Shown here piece by piece: positions 19,769 through 29,205 of a stretch of 52,361 nucleotides of DNA (the first letter of the stretch is position 1; each line of letters opens with the position of its first letter). The translations under genes and the position numbers were made by a program. Below the pieces are notes generated by a model, which had not been told where the DNA came from, did not search any database, and worked only from the letters and a program-made list of their open reading frames with translations. The stretch comes from an uncultured Gammaproteobacteria bacterium (GTDB taxonomy: Bacteria > Patescibacteriota > Patescibacteriia > Magasanikbacterales > GWA2-37-8): positions 1 to 52,361 of the forward strand of contig CAZPCV010000002.1 in assembly GCA_964585245.1 (NCBI GenBank), in the 5' to 3' direction.

Positions 19769-20470
19769 CTAAGAGAACCAGTTAAATTTAATAATTGACC
19801 AGATCGCGCTAAACCCATCTTTCCAGCCGATTTTTTTACCTTCGGCATACGTGCGGCCATGATACGAAATTCCTACTTCATACAACCGTAATTTGAGTCG
19901 TGCCACTCGCGCCGTAATCTCGGGCTCAATATTAAAACGATTAGCCGTAAGAAGAGGTAGAATTTTTGCCAAAGCATCTTTGGTAAACATTTTATAGCAA
20001 GTTTCCATGTCGGTTAAATTCAGATCGGTTAGAGCATTAGAAAAAAAGGTGAGTAATTTGTTGCCAATAGAATGCCAAAAAAATAAAATCCGATGCGGTT
20101 TGCCACCCATGAAGCGCGATCCATAAACTACATCCGCCCGGCCAGATGTGAGAGGCGCCAATAATAACCGATACTCCTCAGGATCATATTCTAAATCAGC
20201 GTCTTGGATCACGACATAATCCCCCGTTGCTTCTTTAAAACCCCGGCGCAACGCCATTCCTTTACCCTGATTATACTCTTGAAAATAAATATGGTAGTTC
20301 GGATTATTCAAATTTTTCAGTACTTCCCGCGTGCCATCGGTAGAACAATCGTCAACAATAATAAATTCTTTTTGTATGTCGCCAAGATCAACTGCGTTCA
20401 CGGTTGAGAGCAGCGATTCAATCGTATTTTTTTCGTTAAATACCGGGATTACGATAGATAAAGTGGCCAT
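19769..20470 (-). CDS. GT2 glycosyltransferase, probable polyprenyl-phosphate sugar synthase
   Basis: 233-aa ORF with IVIPVFNEKNTI, IVDDCSTDGT and QDADLEYDPEE. First gene after the only sizeable (163 bp) gap in the operon. Confidence 0.8.
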   Translation of the reverse strand: MATLSIVIPVFNEKNTIESLLSTVNAVDLGDIQKEFIIVDDCSTDGTREVLKNLNNPNYHIYFQEYNQGKGMALRRGFKEATGDYVVIQDADLEYDPEEYRLLLAPLTSGRADVVYGSRFMGGKPHRILFFWHSIGNKLLTFFSNALTDLNLTDMETCYKMFTKDALAKILPLLTANRFNIEPEITARVARLKLRLYEVGISYHGRTYAEGKKIGWKDGFSAIWSIIKFNWFS

Positions 20471-20633
20471 ACAGATTATACAAGAAAATCAAAATTTTTT
20501 GTTAATTATAGCAATAATTCTGTTCTTTGTCCACGCCCTTTAGTCGGGCCGTCCCCCGGTATTTAGGTCGTACTGCCTTATCACATTGTCGCCCCAACCT
20601 TATCTTCTGACATCAAGACACAGGCATATCGCA

Positions 20634-21653
20634 TTACATTTCCGAGACCAATCGCTTGATTAAAAGTTCTAAACTAAAATCGGCCACAATCTTTTGTCGA
20701 GCTACTGCTGATAGGACAAACTCCGTTTGTCCTAATGCAGCGGCCAACGCCTGATCGTTCTGTTCAGGAAAATGAATAATGGTATTCCAGCTGGCATACG
20801 CTTCACTCGAGCTCACCACCGGCAATCCGCACGCCATCGCTTCGAGCACTACTTTATCAATACTGCCAGTATTACTTGCATGCACCAACGCATGGTGGGT
20901 AGCATAGATCTGAGGCAATTCTTGATAGGAAATCCCTCCTAGAAAACGCACTACCCCCTCCATATGATCAAGCTTAATTAGATGCTTCATATCATCCAAA
21001 TAGAATCGGTCGCTCGGCAGTATTGGCTCCCCCACCACATCCAATTGAAATCTGCCTCCCGCACCTTCTAAATGCTTAAGTGCTCGCACTACCGTACGCA
21101 TGTCCTTGCTGGCTGCAATTCTACCTACCATTAACAATCGCACCCCATTACTTAGAGGGGGGTAGCTCTGGCTTTGGATAGTGAAATGCCTAGTATCCAC
21201 TCCGTGCCCCACTATTACTATTTTTGAACTCGTAACTCGACAACTTTCAACCGAAGCAGTAAATATTTTTTTTACAAAATATTTTGCCAGTTGCAGTTTC
21301 CACGTCACTGATTTATGGACATACCACAAAAATATTCTTTTATGAGTCAGTCGCCACCACCACCCGGCCAAAACAATATATTCTGGATTCATGTGCACCA
21401 ATACAGTGTCATACTCATTGCGCATCTTCCACAAGAAAGACCAGAAATTTTTTAAATATGCCAAACGGGAAACACCTTTTTCTTTACCCAGCGACAGCAC
21501 CCGCACATTTTGGGGCAACGAATACTCCCCCACCGATAACGCAATTACTGTGAGTGCATCTACCTGCTCAGACAATAACTTCAACCACTCATGAAAAAAT
21601 CCGAGATTAGTGTCGTTTTTGTTGACGGTTTGGGTAACAACTAACAAACGCAT
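20634..21653 (-). CDS. GT4-like (GT-B) glycosyltransferase
   Basis: 339-aa ORF. The C-terminal half has HASNTGSIDKVVLEAMACGLPVVSS (E-x7 region). Confidence 0.65.
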   Translation of the reverse strand: MRLLVVTQTVNKNDTNLGFFHEWLKLLSEQVDALTVIALSVGEYSLPQNVRVLSLGKEKGVSRLAYLKNFWSFLWKMRNEYDTVLVHMNPEYIVLAGWWWRLTHKRIFLWYVHKSVTWKLQLAKYFVKKIFTASVESCRVTSSKIVIVGHGVDTRHFTIQSQSYPPLSNGVRLLMVGRIAASKDMRTVVRALKHLEGAGGRFQLDVVGEPILPSDRFYLDDMKHLIKLDHMEGVVRFLGGISYQELPQIYATHHALVHASNTGSIDKVVLEAMACGLPVVSSSEAYASWNTIIHFPEQNDQALAAALGQTEFVLSAVARQKIVADFSLELLIKRLVSEM

Positions 21654-21657
21654 ATCA

Positions 21658-22653
21658 TTAAATAGTCAGCATTTCTTTAATAAACGCTTCCTTATCATCA
21701 ACGGGCACAATCCGCACTTTTTCACTTGGTCTTAATTCGTAATTGGCAACGCCGACGTCGGTCATAATAACCGGAGTACCTACCGCTGCCGCTTCCATTA
21801 CCGCCAGTCCATACCCTTCGCTCTTACTTGGAAACAATAAACAATCGGCCGTTTTAATAAGTTTCCACGGCGCCTCAACCCAACTATCAGAAAATTTTAC
21901 AGTATGTTGCAAATTAAGTTTGACCGCTCTCTGCATCAAACGATTTCGCTCTGAACCATTCCCTTGCAAAAACAATAGCCAATCCCCGTGTTCATGCTTC
22001 AACTCGGCAAACACTTCAAGTAAAAAATCTAAATTTTTGACTTTTTCCATGCGCCCCAGCCACAGGAATCTTTTTGCATATCCAGGAAATAATTCCTGGA
22101 GCGAAGGTAGCGAATCGTATTGGGCCAAATTAGAAATAGCTACCTGAATCGGACGAAGTATAATTTTTTTTTCATCAATTCCCATCTTAAGCACGCTCTG
22201 CCGGACCCGTTCATTTACCACGCGCACTACATCGGCGCTTTTAATATTCTGTTTGCCAAAATAAAAATACCCGATATAATCTTTAATTTTTTTCTTATAA
22301 AAATCAGAACTATAAAAATCGCCATGTAACTGAATTTCCAGTGTTATTCCCGTTTTTTTCTTCAGCCAACGGCCAATATTCCCAATAAACGAAGGGTCTT
22401 GAACTGTACAAAAAGGTATTGCAAAATTCTTTATTAATTCAAGTCCGATCTTTTTTAGACGACCATATTGCTGCCATTTATTTCCACCGGTAGAGCGCAC
22501 ATGCACGGTTGGGCTCAAATCAAAAGAAACCGATTTGGTATGAGGTATAAGAATAAACAATTCATTCTCACTTCCATATTCAATCATCCGTTTAGCAACA
22601 ACGGATTCAGGATCAAGTATTTTCTTATCTAGACTAAGCATTAGTTGGCGCAT
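21658..22653 (-). CDS. GT4 glycosyltransferase
   Basis: 331-aa ORF with FPSKSEGYGLAVMEAAAVGTPVIMTDVG. Confidence 0.7.
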   Translation of the reverse strand: MRQLMLSLDKKILDPESVVAKRMIEYGSENELFILIPHTKSVSFDLSPTVHVRSTGGNKWQQYGRLKKIGLELIKNFAIPFCTVQDPSFIGNIGRWLKKKTGITLEIQLHGDFYSSDFYKKKIKDYIGYFYFGKQNIKSADVVRVVNERVRQSVLKMGIDEKKIILRPIQVAISNLAQYDSLPSLQELFPGYAKRFLWLGRMEKVKNLDFLLEVFAELKHEHGDWLLFLQGNGSERNRLMQRAVKLNLQHTVKFSDSWVEAPWKLIKTADCLLFPSKSEGYGLAVMEAAAVGTPVIMTDVGVANYELRPSEKVRIVPVDDKEAFIKEMLTI

Positions 22654-23744
22654 ACACGTTCTAGCAGAGCTTTAGTATCGGGTATAAGATCGGTAAGAAA
22701 ACGGCATCGTATTTTTTTGTGTTTTTCTTGATAAATAAAACGGCAAATTTTATCCACAATTTCTTGCTTATTATTATATTCAAATAAACTGTCGCCCGCT
22801 GAAATTTCAGTATTACCGCCTATGCGACTGGCCATAACTGGTACCCCTTGATGACAAGCTTCAATCAATACGTGAGAAAAGCCCTCATACGAACTATTTA
22901 ATACAAAAACATCCGCTGATGCAATGTATTCTAAGGTTTTGTTATGAGACAAATTACCCCCTAGCTCTACCCATTTTTCTAATTGAAGATTTTTAATCTT
23001 TAATTTTAAAGCATTAAACTCAGGGCCGCTACCAACAATTTTGAGCTTAGCTTCAGGGATTCTCTTCAAAATTTCCGGCATAATTTCGATAAGCGTTTCC
23101 ATCCCTTTCCACGGTACCAGACGCCCGACCGAAACTATCCAGCGTTCGCCCGGGTGAGCCAAAGGCTCGGGGGTTTCAAAGGCGACCTCGTTATAGATAA
23201 CGTGAACGCAGCTCTCTGATGCTCCCCACCCCCTTACTATTCCTTTTAAATATTTTGAAGGTGTAATCACTACATCGGCCATTCTTACCGCCTGGCGTTC
23301 TTTATCTTGGAGAGCTCCGATTTTCCCTGAATACGTCTTTTTTTGAAATGCATCAATATCATCTTTTACCACTCCCGACACCTGCCCCTGCTCCCACGCA
23401 TAATCCCCAACCACCTTAACCACAAATTTTTTCTTACGTAAACGAGCTACAATCATAGCTGGCCAACCAGCATTCACTGGCCCCATAGCATAAATTACCT
23501 CAACATTTTTTGCCTTCTTATACAATAACCAAAAATAATGGGCGTACCGGATAAGTTTACTGCGCGAAAAAACCGAGGATAATTTTACCCGTTCATCAAG
23601 CACGCTTTTATCAGAATCCGGATTCAATGATACAATCGTCACTTCGTCTCCTAGTTTGGCCAGCTCGTTGGCCAAGGTAACGGCATACGTGGCTGGGCCG
23701 CCAGATTCTGGTGGGAAAATGTCAGCGGCGATTAAAAGTTTCAT
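22641..23744 (-). CDS. GT4 glycosyltransferase
   Basis: 367-aa ORF with N-terminal ESGGPATY and C-terminal NSSYEGFSHVLIEACHQGVPVMASRIGG. Confidence 0.75.
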   Translation of the reverse strand: MKLLIAADIFPPESGGPATYAVTLANELAKLGDEVTIVSLNPDSDKSVLDERVKLSSVFSRSKLIRYAHYFWLLYKKAKNVEVIYAMGPVNAGWPAMIVARLRKKKFVVKVVGDYAWEQGQVSGVVKDDIDAFQKKTYSGKIGALQDKERQAVRMADVVITPSKYLKGIVRGWGASESCVHVIYNEVAFETPEPLAHPGERWIVSVGRLVPWKGMETLIEIMPEILKRIPEAKLKIVGSGPEFNALKLKIKNLQLEKWVELGGNLSHNKTLEYIASADVFVLNSSYEGFSHVLIEACHQGVPVMASRIGGNTEISAGDSLFEYNNKQEIVDKICRFIYQEKHKKIRCRFLTDLIPDTKALLERVCAN

Positions 23745-24883
23745 AGCATCATCTTTTTAAAAACCTCACCCATCTGATACACAATGGAATCCCATTGAAA
23801 TTGTTGTACAAATTTAGAAGCATTTTGTACTAAATTTTTTCGCAGACTTTCGTCTTCAACGATTTTTCTTATTTTTATCGCCAAATCTTCTGGGTCATTT
23901 GGCTTAGTCAATAATCCAGTGATTCCATCTTTCACTATGTCTGGGATTCCTCCGACATCGGTAGCTACGACCGGTAAATGCGTACCAAAAGCCTCTAAAA
24001 AAACATTGCCCAATCCTTCTGAGCGTGGCGAGCGACAAAAAACAGTTGAAGCCGCATACAAATAACGCAACCGATCGTGAGAAACAAAACCTAAAAAATG
24101 GATTCGATTTTTTAACCCCATTCTTTCCGCCTGCTGCTTTAGTTCATCTTCAAGATCACCCGATCCAGCGATTAGCAAATGGTACTTAGGATCTAGAAAT
24201 TTTAAAGCGCTGATCAAATAATCAACACCGTTTTTTTTGACCAGCCTGGAGGCTGTCAAAATCAGCGGTCCGGTATTTTTAATACCAAATTCATTTTCTA
24301 AAAAAACATTTTTGGCGTCTTCCGTCATGAAAAGAGAAGAGCGAAAATTATTTTGATCTATCCCGTTGGGGACAATAGCAATCGGACATTTTGCCCCCAT
24401 CTCCTTGGCCCACGTGGCCAAATACGTACTAATCGCCTGAATCCGATCAGCACGCGTAAAAATTTGCTTGAAGTATAACCAACACCACCAGACATGTTTA
24501 TAAATATGCCACTTACTATCCCCTTCTTGCAACGTTAACAAATAGGGCGTCTGTGAATGCGTTTTTTTATAAGTAAGCGCCGCAAACCCAGCATAGCTCG
24601 CCATAATGCTCCACACTGCGTCAAAATGACCCAGTTTCGCGGCATAACTAGCCCCCGCAATAACTAACCAAAATTTATCGAAACGGTTACCAGAGCCTAC
24701 CCGGTGCACCTCGACAGTACCTATTTTTTCTATCCGCGGCACCTTCGCATCCAATCGAGCGGTAATCATGACAAAATCAAAATTATCACCCAATCGATCG
24801 GTGATTTCTTTTACCGCCACTTCTGCTCCGCCAACAAAAGGCAGATAGGCAGTAGAAAAAATTAAAATTCTTTTACGCGGCAT
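23741..24883 (-). CDS. GT4 glycosyltransferase
   Basis: 380-aa ORF with PFVGGAEV and RSPRSEGLGNVFLEAFGTHLPVVATDVGGIPDIV. Has a 4-nt overlap with the next gene. Confidence 0.8.
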   Translation of the reverse strand: MPRKRILIFSTAYLPFVGGAEVAVKEITDRLGDNFDFVMITARLDAKVPRIEKIGTVEVHRVGSGNRFDKFWLVIAGASYAAKLGHFDAVWSIMASYAGFAALTYKKTHSQTPYLLTLQEGDSKWHIYKHVWWCWLYFKQIFTRADRIQAISTYLATWAKEMGAKCPIAIVPNGIDQNNFRSSLFMTEDAKNVFLENEFGIKNTGPLILTASRLVKKNGVDYLISALKFLDPKYHLLIAGSGDLEDELKQQAERMGLKNRIHFLGFVSHDRLRYLYAASTVFCRSPRSEGLGNVFLEAFGTHLPVVATDVGGIPDIVKDGITGLLTKPNDPEDLAIKIRKIVEDESLRKNLVQNASKFVQQFQWDSIVYQMGEVFKKMML

Positions 24884-24932
24884 ACATTAATACCATCACA
24901 AAGCGGCGCCATGCCGCGAAAGAATAAAAAAC

Positions 24933-25877
24933 TTATTCCAATCTTTGTCTAAAATCGGCAATAGTTTTTTCTAAACCTCTCGATAAATCAACTGTTGGTT
25001 CCCACCCAAGAATCGTTTTAGCTTTTGTAATATCCGGGCAGCGTTGACGCGGATCATCGATGGGCAAAGGCAAAAAAGAAATAGTGCCTTTGGATTTTGT
25101 TAAAGCAATAATTTCTTTTGCGATTTCGAGCATGGTTTTTTCGGTCGGATTGCCCAAATTTATGGGCCCGGTAATTGTCGATGGAGCATTCATTAAAGCA
25201 ACAAAACCGCGTACTAAATCATCTACATAACAAAAACTGCGGGTTTGCTGGCCATCTCCATAGATGGTCAACGGTTCATTTTTCAACGCCTGTACAATAA
25301 AATTAGAAATGACCCGCCCATCATTAATCGCCATCCGCGGACCATACGTATTGAAAATACGGACAATTTTGATTTCCATACCGTGCATGCGATGATAATC
25401 AAAGCACAGCGTCTCAGCACAGCGCTTGCCTTCATCATAACACGCTCGCGGCCCGATCATACTCACGTTACCGCGGTACTCTTCGGTTTGTGGATGATGC
25501 AACGCATCCGGATCGCCATAGACTTCACTGGTCGAAGCTTGAAAAAACCTGGCACCGTGTCGGCGGGCCAGGCCAAGCATATTAATCACTCCGAGTGTGC
25601 TAGCTTTAATCGTATGCACCGGATTAAATTGATAATGGACCGGTGAAGCCGGACAAGCCAAATTATACACTTGATCAATTTTGTTTTCGTAAAAAAATGG
25701 ATTGACAATATCGTGATTAAAAAAATGAAAACGAGGATTTTCTTTTATCGCCGCCAAATTAGCCAGCGAACCGGTAAATAGACTGTCTATCACCACAACT
25801 TCGTGCCCACTATCGAGTAAGCGTTCAGCCAGATGTGAACCGATAAAACCCGCTCCACCAGTGATTAAAATACGCAT
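24933..25877 (-). CDS. uxs: UDP-glucuronate decarboxylase (UDP-xylose synthase)
   Basis: 314-aa [64 protein letters not shown] and DDPRQR.PDI.KAK closely follow my recollection of UXS1-family sequences. Confidence 0.9.
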   Translation of the reverse strand: MRILITGGAGFIGSHLAERLLDSGHEVVVIDSLFTGSLANLAAIKENPRFHFFNHDIVNPFFYENKIDQVYNLACPASPVHYQFNPVHTIKASTLGVINMLGLARRHGARFFQASTSEVYGDPDALHHPQTEEYRGNVSMIGPRACYDEGKRCAETLCFDYHRMHGMEIKIVRIFNTYGPRMAINDGRVISNFIVQALKNEPLTIYGDGQQTRSFCYVDDLVRGFVALMNAPSTITGPINLGNPTEKTMLEIAKEIIALTKSKGTISFLPLPIDDPRQRCPDITKAKTILGWEPTVDLSRGLEKTIADFRQRLE

Positions 25878-25930
25878 AGTTGTCTTAAATTATTAGCTAT
25901 AGTATGCTAGTTATAGCCTAAAAAGTCAAC

Positions 25931-27106
25931 ATGAATTCACGTCTTAGAATCCTGTATATTATTACCCAAGGGGCCTGGGGAGGAGCGCAACGCTATGTGT
26001 TTGATTTGGCGACCGAGTACGCATTGCATCACGACGTGGTTGTCGCCATTGGCGAGCCTAAGGGATCCACAAATCTACAGGAAAAACTGTACAAAATAAA
26101 TAATCTTCAAATTATTCAACTTCATCACTTGCGCCGACGCATCGCGCTGTATGATGATTTTTTAGCTATCAGAGAGCTTAAGACCCTCTATCGCACCGTC
26201 CAACCTGATATTATTCATCTTAACAGCACCAAAGCCGGAATTCTTGGATCGCTCGCAGCCACTGGCTACCAATCACCACATACCCACCACGCCGTCATCT
26301 ACACCGCTCATGGCTGGGTTTTTAATGAACCGCTTCTACCTATCTTAAAATATTCTTACCAATACCTAGAGCGCCTCGCCGCGAACCATCGCCAAGGAAC
26401 AATTGTTTTATCAAGATACGATTACGATATGGGTCTAAAAAAATTAAATTTGGACCCCAAAAAAACCGTTATTATTCCTTTGGGAATAAAACCAACACAA
26501 AAAATCCTTTCTTCCACTGCCGCGCGCCAGGAATTAAGCGCGCTGAATCATAATGCAAAAAATACCACTGCGATCAAAATCGGGGTAATTGCTAATTGTT
26601 ATAAAACTAAGGGTTTAGATATTTTATTGAAGGCAGCCCGTTTCATCGCAAACGACTTGCATGATACTACTATTTCTATAATCGGCTCCGGCCCTGAAGC
26701 AGCAAAATTAATAGCTCTTACACAAAAATACCAACTTCAAAAGCAGGTAGAATGGCTGGGTTCAGTGCCCGAGGCCGAACGCCTTCTGAAGGCTTTTGAT
26801 TTATTAGTCATTCCTTCGCGCAAAGAAGGCTTGCCGTATGTACTCTTAGAAGCGCTACGATCCGGCACGCCGGTAGTAGCTACCACCGTAGGAGGCATTC
26901 CGGAAGTTATCACTAACCAAAAAAACGGCTTACTCGTCCCTCCTAATAATCCCCACGCACTCGCCACAGCCATTATGATCGCCATTAAAAACCCCACTCT
27001 CAGGCAAGAATGGGGCAAAGAGGGACAAAAGTTGGCACAGAACAATTATGCGTTTACTCGCCTGGCAGAAGACACTCTTATTTTTTACCACTCGGCGTTG
27101 AAGTAG
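25931..27106 (+). CDS. GT4 glycosyltransferase (divergent from uxs)
   Basis: 391-aa ORF with GGAQRYV and PSRKEGLPYVLLEALRSGTPVVATTVGGIPEV. Its 3' end overlaps the convergent gene by 29 nt. Confidence 0.8.
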   Translation: MNSRLRILYIITQGAWGGAQRYVFDLATEYALHHDVVVAIGEPKGSTNLQEKLYKINNLQIIQLHHLRRRIALYDDFLAIRELKTLYRTVQPDIIHLNSTKAGILGSLAATGYQSPHTHHAVIYTAHGWVFNEPLLPILKYSYQYLERLAANHRQGTIVLSRYDYDMGLKKLNLDPKKTVIIPLGIKPTQKILSSTAARQELSALNHNAKNTTAIKIGVIANCYKTKGLDILLKAARFIANDLHDTTISIIGSGPEAAKLIALTQKYQLQKQVEWLGSVPEAERLLKAFDLLVIPSRKEGLPYVLLEALRSGTPVVATTVGGIPEVITNQKNGLLVPPNNPHALATAIMIAIKNPTLRQEWGKEGQKLAQNNYAFTRLAEDTLIFYHSALK

Positions 27107-29141
27107 CAGACATAATTAGAGTTTCTACTTGTTTGCCCTGATCATCGAATACTACGCCTGCCGCATGCGCACGCGCAAAGACCGCCTTCGCCAAATCAAG
27201 GCGGTTGGCTAATTTATATATATAGGCAAGACGCCAATAACTTTCAGCAATCTTCGGATCATCGCTGATAGCTTGCTCGAGTAAAATTACCGATTCATTT
27301 GCTTTACCTAACTGAACTTTCAAGTTGGCCAGGGTATAAAGCAACTGCTGACGACGCGGGCTATAATCAAGCGCGGTCTGAACAAATCGCTCGGCCTCAA
27401 CAACATATTGTGCATTATTATCGGCCAGAGCTTTTAATTGATACAACTGACCTAACAATAAATAAGTCCGAATATCAGCCGGATGCAACAAAACATTCTT
27501 TTCTAAAGCACCAATAGCCGCATCAATCAACTGATTACTTTGCTGTGGCGTCATTTTTTGATAGTAGCGGCCGAGCACTTCGGTAACCGTACGTGCGACA
27601 TCGCTCCTAATATCATCTATATGAGGCGAACTGAAATTAAAAGAATCTTGCATGGCCACAAACCCAATTCCGAGAGGGTCTTCATTTAGCGCTTGTAAGG
27701 TACGCAGTGTTTTTTGATTGGCACGAGCAGGCTGAACATTAAATATATAAATTAACAGAGCTGTTACCGCGAACAGGCCCACGAGTAGGCCCGGATGATG
27801 AAGAATTTTATCGGAGGCACTTTTGGCGGCGACCCTAGCATGAGAAGGCAAACGATTTTCATATTCACCGCTCAGACGATTGATCATGGCTAGCCAAAAA
27901 AAGAAATATAAATATGAAGTTGGATTCTCAAATACAGTAATATTTTGTACCAGATGCGCGGCCAAAAACCCAGCACCAATTACACTGAGATTAACATCTG
28001 TGTCGATATTTTTAGTTCGTCTGAACACGCTAAAGGCTCCTACCACAAAAATACCTAAATACGCTGCGAACCCAACTATGCCCTGAACGGTTAACGTGTT
28101 CAAAATAATATTATGCGCATTATCAAACCAAGTTTCACTGTACCCGTGTTCAAGTGAGGTGGGATTATAATATTTATTAAAAGCATAAAAAAAGTTATTT
28201 GGCCCCCATCCAAATATGGGCCGTTCTTTCCAGCTCTCTATGGCAATCTTCCAAGCAATAAGTCGCGTGCTGGCCGATCCGGCGGAAGTAGAAATATTAA
28301 GCAAACTACCTAACGTAGGAATAGTGCGCACCCACGGTTCTGTTCGTTTAACATACAACAATCCCAACACCACAATAAACAGGGCTAACAAACCAAGCAT
28401 GATCCGGCGAATTTTTTGATTAGTGTTAACAATAAAACCATAACTAAACAACATCACCATTAAACCAGCTAACAACCCCAGCATCGTACCGCGTGTGCCA
28501 CTTAAAATCATACCAACAAAACCCAACATCCCCAACGCCGCCTGTACCACGCGCCATGCCAAAATCTTTTCTTTGACAAATAACAATAAACCGACGAAGA
28601 ACAAAAATAATCCATACCCGCCGACATAAATGGCGTTCCCGAGAGTACTTGCCACGCGAGGGCTGCCCTGATTCAATAAATAATCTGGATCAAAATGTTG
28701 CTTCACGCCGACGAGCATAGCGATTGAGCCGGCAAACAAAAAGAGGTGCAATGCCAAACGCCAATCTGCCCATTTTTTAAAAATGGCTGTGGCTACTAGA
28801 TAATAAACAAAATAATGCAACAAGGTAAACAGCCCTAGCATGCGCTCATGATTATCCCAAAAACTATGATAAGGATCGACACCGATAAAAGTAGAAAGTC
28901 CGAAACTAAGAATAAAAAACCCCACAGCGATGGTAAGCGGGGTCCGGCGCAAGCGATATTCTTCATAATTGATCAGCAACAAAGCCAGATATCCAGCCCC
29001 CAGAACGAGCACGAGCGAACGAAATAACAAAATTTTGGGAACTACAAAGGGAAAAATAAACGAACTGGGCACCAATACTAGCGGAACAATAAAAGTAGCA
29101 TAGATAACACATTTTATACCCCACTCAATTACCTTTTTCAT
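27078..29141 (-). CDS. Wzy_C/O-antigen-ligase-like polytopic membrane protein with C-terminal TPR domain
   Basis: 687-aa ORF with about 12 hydrophobic helices. SGTRGTMLGL lies in the position of the Wzy_C signature loop. The C-terminal ~200 aa has TPR-like repeats (e.g. YLLLGQLYQLKALADNN, AESYWRLAYIYKLANRLDLA). Confidence 0.7.
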   Translation of the reverse strand: MKKVIEWGIKCVIYATFIVPLVLVPSSFIFPFVVPKILLFRSLVLVLGAGYLALLLINYEEYRLRRTPLTIAVGFFILSFGLSTFIGVDPYHSFWDNHERMLGLFTLLHYFVYYLVATAIFKKWADWRLALHLFLFAGSIAMLVGVKQHFDPDYLLNQGSPRVASTLGNAIYVGGYGLFLFFVGLLLFVKEKILAWRVVQAALGMLGFVGMILSGTRGTMLGLLAGLMVMLFSYGFIVNTNQKIRRIMLGLLALFIVVLGLLYVKRTEPWVRTIPTLGSLLNISTSAGSASTRLIAWKIAIESWKERPIFGWGPNNFFYAFNKYYNPTSLEHGYSETWFDNAHNIILNTLTVQGIVGFAAYLGIFVVGAFSVFRRTKNIDTDVNLSVIGAGFLAAHLVQNITVFENPTSYLYFFFWLAMINRLSGEYENRLPSHARVAAKSASDKILHHPGLLVGLFAVTALLIYIFNVQPARANQKTLRTLQALNEDPLGIGFVAMQDSFNFSSPHIDDIRSDVARTVTEVLGRYYQKMTPQQSNQLIDAAIGALEKNVLLHPADIRTYLLLGQLYQLKALADNNAQYVVEAERFVQTALDYSPRRQQLLYTLANLKVQLGKANESVILLEQAISDDPKIAESYWRLAYIYKLANRLDLAKAVFARAHAAGVVFDDQGKQVETLIMSATSTPSGKK

Positions 29142-29205
29142 ACAACATATAAATTAATACTACCCCCAGTGTAGGGCAAAAGCAGCACTCAGTCAATTTT
29201 ATTTC

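Noticed and set aside
20471-20633. Moderately G+C-rich 163-bp gap inside the glycan operon as a possible ncRNA or terminator
   Set aside because: Only a 4-bp G+C stem was found, with no U-tract and no convincing -35/-10 pair (a TATAAT lies just 4 nt from the ATG of 19769-20470). It is probably an internal promoter or spacer, and the evidence is insufficient to annotate it.
27078-27106. 29-nt overlap of convergent genes (GT4 plus strand vs Wzy_C-TPR minus strand) as a regulatory antisense feature
   Set aside because: Short 3'-3' overlaps are common in compact genomes. There is no associated structure or conserved motif.
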